A stretch of 64,000 nt of DNA from Gammaproteobacteria bacterium (GTDB lineage: Bacteria > Pseudomonadota > Gammaproteobacteria > Eutrophobiales > Eutrophobiaceae). The notes beneath the pieces were generated by a model. It saw only the letters and a list, made by a program, of their open reading frames with translations. It was not told the DNA's origin and ran no database searches. This document shows, piece after piece, positions 62,401 through 64,000 of this stretch (position 1 is the first letter of the stretch; each line of letters starts with the position of its first letter). The translations under genes were made by a program, and so were the position numbers. The DNA lies in contig WLWS01000003.1 in the NCBI GenBank assembly GCA_012103475.1, forward strand, positions 399,565 to 463,564. The letters are read 5' to 3'.

Positions 62401-63756
62401 ACAATCGTTGTCAGCGGCAATGATATCTGGATTCATACAGCCGGTGTTCAGCTGGCGGATTCGGTCACTGGCAACGGTAGTTTAACAATCCCCAATACTA
62501 CCGGTGGCGGACTGATCGTCAGTGATGCGAGTGGCAATGATCTTGTTGTCGACTCGAGTGATTTAAATTTGCCAACTCTGAGCGGATTCAACGGACACTT
62601 GATTATCGGTGGTCTGTTATTGCCGCCTACCTTACCGATTAGTGGCGATTCGCAGGTTAACGTCAATACCGATTTATTAACAATAAACGAAAATATTGTT
62701 ACTAATGGTGATTTGACTTTACTGGGCAGTAACGTCGATCTGAACGCGGATTTAAATGCCGGTGGCATTGGTGGTGACGATATTCTTATCGTAGCAGTGG
62801 GCAGCCAGAATGGTGGCAGCGATCCGGGTAATATTACTGCTGTGGCAACACCCACCACTATCGAAGCTGGCAGCCTCACATTGATCGCGGCCAATGATAT
62901 TGTCAATTCGGAAAGTATTGATGTGGAATTAAATGGTGGTGAAATACAGGTGGCTGTCGGAGAGGGTGTGGAAACTCCTCAGTTTGGTTTGCTTGATGCA
63001 ACAGCAGCGGATTTATCTGTTGCAACCAGTGCATTTATAACAAGTTTTTTCAATACCAACTTGCAGTCGGTAGGACAAAACGTCAGTGCGGCTAATCAGG
63101 CAGGTGGCTTAATCGGACTTGAACAGCTGGGAAATATCGATGTCGGCTTGTTTGAGGAAGAGCTGACTCTGTTTGGCGCAATCGGCGGTGGTATCGCCTT
63201 GAGTTTATATATGTGTGAGGAAGTAGAAGGTTGTGCTCCGAATGTCAATGAGACAGAGCTGGCTGAGTTGATTCTGAATTTACAGGCAAGGCTTGAAGAA
63301 TTGAAAACGCGTGTTGCCGAGGAAGGCGATGGCGAGTCAAAAACAGAGTTGGAAAACCTGATTTCCGCTTATGAAGAAGAATTGCGTAATTTCGAGTCCT
63401 ATCGGGAAGAACTCCGGAAATTCTTTTCTGAAGACGAGGGAAGTACTCAAAATGAAGAACAAAGCAGTGTTGATGTTTCTACTCAGGTCGATAATTTGCG
63501 TGATGTTCTACAGGTTGCCCAGTCTCGAATTGACTGGCTGGAAAGTCTGAAATCTGATCCTGAAACACGTGCGAGTTTAAGTCAGCGTAGTGGTATCGAT
63601 TTAACCATAGAACAATTAGAAATAATCATTAATGCGACTCAACAGGAAATGCTAATGCTTGAGAGACAAATACAGTCATTACTTGATGGTGTGGAGGCAC
63701 ACAACGAAGCACCGGTGTTTAGTCAAAAACTGGCGGAAGCAAATTTGTGGTATTGA
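47482..63756 (+). CDS. giant (5,424 aa) two-partner-secretion (TpsA) exoprotein / filamentous-haemagglutinin-family adhesin-like protein
   Basis: GTG start 9 nt after AAGAGGG. Basic N-region plus signal peptide ending SAALA|AP (to about 47622). Canonical TPS domain: GHVVAGQGHI..., TTVINQQSHRLAVDWGSFNI, ELVQFNQPS..ALNRI, IFGSLRANGQVLLVNPNGVYF. Then GGLVEVSGKEHLSFSG...GTLLLDPKNIVI. About 5,000 aa follow of T/D/G/A/I/N/V/S-rich beta-helix-like repeats with very few K/R/H/aromatics. Confidence 0.92.
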   Translation: MKRVVSRRKSRILKTKKAVFELRPLAACVRNIAFPLGLMLGASAALAAPENGHVVAGQGHISKPNATTTVINQQSHRLAVDWGSFNINSNELVQFNQPSTQASALNRILDQNPTQIFGSLRANGQVLLVNPNGVYFSPTASVSVGSLVASGLNINNDDFMAGNYKFDVPFDDEGGVIVNQGLLQASTGGSVTLIGGAVKNEGLILATAGSVNLLAGKSVTVDFDGDGLLQFAVSEEVLANVHNLDSAVSNSGEISAPGGSVLMQASAAKDVFSNVVNNSGIVRAGRIENKGGQIRLVATGSSNSLINTGTLDASGSDGDGGSIKIYADDTTLVSGDSAITVSSDSGKAGEIQILGDKVGLTDNTYINVSGRDGGGVALIGGDYQGANPDILNATQTILTTNVEINADALESGDSGKVVVWSDRLSTFSGTISSRGGAESGDGGLVEVSGKEHLSFSGDVNTSAVNGETGTLLLDPKNIVIQNGGAGTAVATVNFADPADPGGLDSIFDADDLAALDTNIILQANNDITFDEALVLSADDLTAQAGRSILVNQNITTGGGNVTLTANDASATASERGPGDGSIIMADGTTIDAGAGNVLLESTNNNSLGGDISVENITSSGNVTLTSGNSSIIESSSDHLVSGNLVTLNGASTAGESVGSASSAINTSATSLAGTAGSGGFYVEETNAVTVTGVSGTGDVEITATTGDLSLDDLTAVSSTSGNITLIATTGSILDSTPGADSGRQISTSGKVTLTASLGSIGSTGTGDIDIDNSPDLVLNAGADLVVRATADLSDLSVTATAGNNEHFVDATNLLATITDDANDFTSLSLTDNSGLNFTFIAANAVSGDGDINVDLIDVSGGTGDVLLATGGGQIVDATAANQVRDIIVADGSVIALIAENATNGSVGAVADALDLETQQLSVSSANDIDIENFSDDAGTGKDLTDLEIKATAGNHTHSIVTTANRLITIDDDATDFNQLSVESTGGPPPALNFNFTAANSSAGDGDIAVDLIESEGGNVIITSTAGVISDLDSGDTDRDIIAGAGSVALFAASANGDVGVAGQTLEVDTAILTINAGNDFDVAVVADDAGSGRDLSDLAITAVSATNTHSLSALNLTNTITDNATDFTDLNLNDSTGLNFSFTAANPTAAEGDIAIGQIDVTNGAVFVTSTAGAITDVSAGDTVRDIIAGTGLINLSASSVNGDVGAAGQALELDTANLTIDSGKDITVDVVSDDSSTGRDLLSLDITAVAGLNAHALTAGGGLTVTIADDATDFTDISATGDALLNFSFEAANTAAGEGDITLGSISVGSGEVVLVSASNGDSGIASAAGAGTDIATTGNIFVTAGAGSIGAAGNLLEVTANNTFDGTANSGAIHIQNNTNIALDFIAETDLSDTVATDVFEYTVAGLGTLQYLSTDDLSITASGAAGSISTTGATIVANNLALNTATGTITANTDATTISVAGTGGNSVTITNTGTNGDTTYDVSTGGAGNIDLTQADNNMLIGALSTTADVTLDSDQGGIDDAQADDITDITSLNLNMTALQGIGSNAQLDVDANLSAINSNGGDIDILGSGAGATMVTGLVESGGGDISISDNDGITVDAGIENTTEVAINSGGGDITLDADLDDNGGGTFTIDDQIDAGAGDILITGSAYDVQDDADLETSGAGDATLEASVAALTYTLGDAATGGSIDFSDAQMDALVVAGVLTIGDASAGAIVLDRATSFGANNLEIITGSTIDDAQTGNALTTTGSLTLTANGEVGSNAGSGADGLTLDVGSLIITSTGNNNVTITDSGAGGDTNYQIGSDGGDVVGDVTITQATNDITLGAGANAGINAVGDTVTLTVSAGSIVDNNGSNQDIIADSLNITDVLNIGDLDDTNNVLVAAIDSIETTIATLTNVVLRSGGEGAIANTGVLVVTAFDLAGAGANASLLIEADDTINAGTATFGGINSGDALGLVASSNNLEIPDAALDLGTGNLRLSAAAGDVRDNTDSDLSNNLISVSNLSISSGTAETIDISVDDLEAHINGASNSLTVTEADALVLSNVDTFDGAIMITAMGTITATDVESTNNFNTATNDITLIANTNATDDILVTTITANGNAGVILTAMDDILDSNTTDANILSAADLTATATSATADTDGIILDTAVTTLDASVLTNAGDITIVDSDGITLGDVDTANGAINVSAAGALVASDVVSVGGSISLTSTAAGDISIGAINSATTVSIDAANGTGSGSIFDADNDAATDITAGGLITLDASADIGSAQADDVLELAGGSTVDASSDTSGEIKLAGIGGGLNLQNLDTADGEIDVSAAGAIVATNIVSVGGEISLTSTAVGDVTVGLINSADTVTIDAGTGSIKDSADDAIVDITAVNLITLDATGDIDGGFTDDNLDLAAGSTVDVSSTTAGEIKLAGIGGGLNLQDVDTVNGLIEVTAAGAIAASDVVSIGGSVVINSTASGDISVGTINSATTVNIDANSGSIIDAANDAVTDITAAGLITLDASGDINGGAADDNLELAAGSTIDASSTGTGEIKLAGIGGGLTLQNIDTNNGEIEVTAAGAIVVTNVNASGGEVLIHSTATGDITLDETGAGGGVVTDDSSTTAVVIINDDGDILDADTATPDDLEAGQNRYNITTGAGGTVNLQANGAGSSIGGTVPDHDDIDVSNARNIDFSASANVLTQLDPSGATGLDSATFTLTPDGVASDYSVRVVGGTNISFSESTDGLFKIDDISNSNNLLDFSFTTLGPIGGATISDIVLDSSGGTAIQAINGGTVTLNANGSIGDANDDTIVDIDTSGLITFIANDEILGDTQGGGFTDNFIELSAGAIINASSTTSGDIMLDGAGALTLQNVVTADGAIVINAAGAVVVTNVDTSNTDIDANDVSITTTTGDIDITAINAGTLGDVVLDTDAGTVDGVGGGTHISADDLTIDATSGIGAGVTLNLAGVNQLDTDTTAGNIDITNTATAATVVMSVTTAGAATIDYTQSGDQSLEMTTLTTSNGDITIANSGGSNADITIGDIDTDTVDDQVMITSSGAVDDAAADGVNDISTVTLSINAEEGIGAGAALEITANAISADTTGGNIDIDNAALGAVTVSSLTTAGTATIAYDQTGNQSLDLDSVTTADGNIDVTNMGGTDADITIGNGAIVADATNDVVTINSSGAIDDDTANPDTTTDITAFSIDLDAVEGIGATADVDIAATTVDADVSAAGNIALNEADAVTLSSLSTNDGSITVAAGGAVTVTGVDSSNTNSDANDVSITTSTGDIDINNIDAGTLGDVVVDTDAGTVDGIGGGPHITADDLQIDATTGIGAGVQLSLSGVDLLDLDTTAEAIDITNAATGETVLISSATTGNGNVDIVTTGANADITIADGAIVADQTDDIVSINSSGAIDDAQANPDTTTDITAFSIDLDSVDGIGGTADVDIAANTVDADVSSAGNIALNEADAVILSSLSTNDGSITVTAGGTVTVTGVDSSNTNSDANDVIITTSTGDIDINGINAGALGDVVVDTDAGAVDGLGGGTHISADDLQIDATTGIGAGVRLSLSGVDLLDLDTTSGSIDVLSAAGGKTVLVSSAKTTDGDIDIATSGANADITIADGAIVADLTDDIVSIISSGAIDDAQANPNTATDITAFSIVLSALDGIGATADVDTNTTTLDLNVTNAGLIAINELDGLTVTSAVTTDGNITIAAGDNMEVGTITAGNAMTIDLSTTAGDITDTNGDSDLTASNISLDAAGGIGSNTNNINTTTTNALTLMSAGAGTTGDIFIDETTSMDTGDVMVTTAVATSQSVSIEANDWTVDAGLGNAQDNLSLSSSAGSIVDGGGTLTANTLTLDVSATGGATIGATGAGNEIETNVATLSVDASNGAGGIFINEVDGVDLAFVDSGTGAFEISTNGDLTDSGTITVGTTTNIDTGGNNVSLDNGDGLNDFGGDVTLNNVDNVLIEDSNAIQFATSTIGGTFDVTAGGDITDSGTLTVTGVTTLDAGGNDVILDDVNNDFMDTVNVSNTNNLTIDDTNALTLGTVSTANNADIDAGGAVDFTGVTTVGGTLNVDTTVNGAGGAITDIGGQLLITGTTTLDAAANDIVLDNPANDFGGAVTITNASNVDIQDSDNIDFGASTIGGTFDVTAGGDITDSGTLMVTGVTTLDAGGNDVILDDMNNDFMDTVNVSNTDNLTIDDTNALTLGTVSTANNADIDAGGAVDFTGVTTVGGTLNVDTTANGTGGTITDTGGQLLITGTTTLDAAANDIILDNPANDFGGAVAITNANNVDIQDSDNIDFGASTIGGTFDVTADGDITDSGTLMVTGVTTLDAGGNDVILDDVNNDFMDTVNVSNTDSLTIDDTNALTLGTVTTTNNADVDAGGAVDFTGVTTVGGTLNVDTTANGAGGAITDTGGQLLITGTTTLDAGANVITLDEDTNDFDGALTLTNTGANVVTIHDSNDLAIDTVNVGDNLVLNYDRGANDSSTLDLSAATVNTGTNAISIDAQGSDDAILMSNTANVWTTTATNSGTVNDGTNTFTYTDVASLTGNDMTDTFNIGHNVDGTISGGDGANIYNLNAGTVGGNITGGANADTFNFTNASVTGTVNGADGVNTLDYSAFAAAPVAVTLTTTDTNGFQGTADNTGGFQNMTNLTGSGNAADTLTGVNADATWSIQAGDETYVSGGETLTIADGTIRNFIGGSAVDTFNVTANNTNNLAGGSGNDNFNLNAGALGGVMAGGLGIDTFNLNGGTVTGTVNGGGGTADSLVGGSSYTLTGNNSGTNAAIGGGWSNIENLTGTAGNDTFNFNNGTLSGTADGLAGNDLFDFNGGTAGSIDGQGGVDILNFANAGGQTIAITGLGGTDGFSGTSTNVTNSFDDINTIIGSAATDTLGNASNADSTFNINNGSGTFVSTNTLVFSSLDNFAGGSGSDTFNITGDHTGNLSGGAGNDEFNSTSANVNGNVTGGSGVNTYELGSGRVNGTIVVSGNDIWIHTAGVQLADSVTGNGSLTIPNTTGGGLIVSDASGNDLVVDSSDLNLPTLSGFNGHLIIGGLLLPPTLPISGDSQVNVNTDLLTINENIVTNGDLTLLGSNVDLNADLNAGGIGGDDILIVAVGSQNGGSDPGNITAVATPTTIEAGSLTLIAANDIVNSESIDVELNGGEIQVAVGEGVETPQFGLLDATAADLSVATSAFITSFFNTNLQSVGQNVSAANQAGGLIGLEQLGNIDVGLFEEELTLFGAIGGGIALSLYMCEEVEGCAPNVNETELAELILNLQARLEELKTRVAEEGDGESKTELENLISAYEEELRNFESYREELRKFFSEDEGSTQNEEQSSVDVSTQVDNLRDVLQVAQSRIDWLESLKSDPETRASLSQRSGIDLTIEQLEIIINATQQEMLMLERQIQSLLDGVEAHNEAPVFSQKLAEANLWY
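49852..51640 (+). repeat. about four diverged tandem units of ~150 aa inside the giant ORF
   Basis: Unit anchors D-L-x-D-L-x-[IV]-x-A-x-A-G-x-x-x-H start at 49852, 50305, 50761 and 51202 (spacings 453, 456 and 441 nt). Each unit continues ...DDATDFT.L....LNF.F.AAN...G.GDI....I.V..G. Confidence 0.8.
54010..55250 (+). repeat. about 3.3 tandem units of 123 aa (369 nt) inside the giant ORF
   Basis: The IKLAGIGGGLNLQ anchor occurs at 54352, 54721 and 55090 (exact 369-nt spacing). The units share VSAAGA.VA..VVS.GG.I.LTSTA.GD..VG.INSA.TV.IDA..GSI.D...DA..DITA..LITLDA.GDI. Confidence 0.85.
56914..58620 (+). repeat. about 2.5 tandem units of 228 aa (684 nt) inside the giant ORF (a more diverged copy lies just upstream, from about 56040)
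   Basis: The ADITI(G/A)(N/D)GAIVAD anchor occurs at 56914, 57598 and 58282 (exact 684-nt spacing). Long blocks are shared, e.g. ANPDTTTDITAFSIDLD..(E/D)GIG.TADVDIAA.TVDADVS.AGNIALNEADAV.LSSLSTNDGSITV.AGG.VTVTGVDSSNTNSDANDV.ITTSTGDIDIN. Confidence 0.88.
59371..60846 (+). repeat. three tandem units of 164 aa (492 nt) inside the giant ORF, each made of two ~82-aa sub-units
   Basis: The STIGGTFDVTA(G/D)GDITDSGTL anchor has its T-I codons at 59380, 59872 and 60364 (exact 492-nt spacing). By eye, protein identity is about 90% and nucleotide identity lower. Identical runs include AATGTTGATATTCAGGACAGCGACAATATTGATTTCGGCGC. Confidence 0.9.
61150..62380 (+). repeat. block of about 13 dispersed RTX-like G-G-x-G-x-D-x-F-N motifs inside the giant ORF
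   Basis: GGDGANIYNL, GGANADTFNF, GADGVNTLDY, GGSAVDTFNV, GGSGNDNFNL, GGLGIDTFNL, GTAGNDTFNF, GLAGNDLFDF, GQGGVDILNF, GGSGSDTFNI, GGAGNDEFNS and GGSGVNTYEL are spaced roughly 20-45 aa apart. Confidence 0.7.
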
Positions 63757-63764
63757 GAGTTAAT

Positions 63765-64000
63765 CTAAAGACTCGATTTTTCCCATTCTAGCAGAGAGTT
63801 TTGAACCTGTTTTAAGAGCTTGTCTGCACTTGAAGGCAATTGTCGACCTACCCGGGTGGCGACAACGGCTATGCTGCTACTCAGGGCTGAATTGTCAACG
63901 CGGACTGAAACGAGTTTTCCCTCAGCCAATTCCTGAGATACCGCCAAATCAGACAAAAAACTTATACAGTCTCCCCGCATTACACAGTTTTTTAGCAATA
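63765..64000 (-). CDS. LysR-family regulator, C-terminal (effector-binding domain) end only; runs off the right edge
   Basis: The reverse ORF ends at 63765, 8 nt from the giant ORF stop (convergent). ...GDCISFLSDLAVSQELAEGKLVSVRV...IAVVATRVGRQLPSSADKLL resembles the C-terminal end of LysR substrate-binding domains. The apparent Met is only a TTG at the window edge. Confidence 0.5.
   Translation of the reverse strand, partial: LLKNCVMRGDCISFLSDLAVSQELAEGKLVSVRVDNSALSSSIAVVATRVGRQLPSSADKLLKQVQNSLLEWEKSSL

Noticed and set aside
48168-62906. Dozens of long minus-strand ORFs inside the giant gene (e.g. 53058-54251, 397 aa; 57636-58871, 411 aa; 54282-55196, 304 aa)
   Set aside because: All are antisense to the TPS exoprotein ORF. 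They translate to monotonous S/P/A/V/T-rich strings that mirror the T/D/G/A/I codon bias of the sense strand. They are compositional artefacts, not genes.
47482-63756. Contact-dependent inhibition toxin (CdiA) or haemolysin interpretation of the giant TpsA
   Set aside because: I could find no VENN or pre-toxin motif, no distinct C-terminal toxin-like domain and no small immunity ORF downstream. The stop is 8 nt from a convergent LysR gene. ShlA-type haemolysins are far smaller.
1-64000. Search for CRISPR arrays, tRNA/rRNA genes, IS elements, integrases, toxin-antitoxin pairs or known defence-system genes
   Set aside because: I could not recognise any:
- no short direct-repeat/spacer arrays;
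- no transposase- or integrase-like ORFs;
- no intergenic region longer than ~170 nt other than the two ~250-nt spacers at 1336-1588 and 47228-47481.

A formal scan (tRNAscan, Infernal, ISEScan, DefenseFinder) would be needed to be certain.

Overview
All calls were made by eye from the sequence and the supplied ORF track. No searches were run.

The window is a moderately AT-rich bacterial chromosomal segment. Its gene content looks gammaproteobacterial, but that is only an inference. I saw no rRNA, tRNA, CRISPR array, IS element or prophage.

**Positions 1 to about 47,200: a dense catabolic island**
- Two three-subunit molybdenum hydroxylase sets of the xanthine dehydrogenase/CoxLMS family. 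One is followed by a MoaD/ThiS-like GG-terminated protein, the other is preceded by CoxG.
- Three Rieske non-haem-iron oxygenases. Two sit in an anciently duplicated triplet (alpha subunit, ~115-aa protein, NTF2-like protein) wrapped around a formamidase and followed by an amidase. The third is CarAa/OxoO-like and sits with a BphC-type extradiol dioxygenase and a meta-cleavage hydrolase.
- Further amidohydrolases: an isochorismatase-type enzyme, an M20 enzyme and PuuE.
- Two LLM oxidoreductases plus a flavin reductase. One LLM is fused in frame to an AraC regulator across an A8 homopolymer.
- The ureide genes puuE and uraD, queF, and a purine phosphoribosyltransferase.
- No ferredoxin or reductase for the Rieske enzymes, and no XdhC-type maturation factor, is present in the window.

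**Positions 47,482-63,756: a single ORF**
- It encodes a 5,424-aa, very acidic, Thr/Asp/Gly/Ala/Ile-rich exoprotein.
- The N-terminus is a canonical two-partner-secretion (TPS / filamentous haemagglutinin) domain.
- The body contains four internal tandem-repeat families, followed by a block of dispersed RTX-like GGxGxDxFN motifs.
- The C-terminus is a Cys-pair plus coiled-coil tail.
- No TpsB transporter gene is in the window.

**Gene lesions**
- A frameshifted MASE1-CHASE-GAF-GGDEF-EAL gene.
- An MFS transporter with one in-frame TAA.
- A head-to-head junction of two 5'-truncated genes 1.4 kb upstream of the giant ORF.

**Most interesting candidates**
- The duplicated Rieske / small / NTF2-like module.
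- The orphan giant TpsA.
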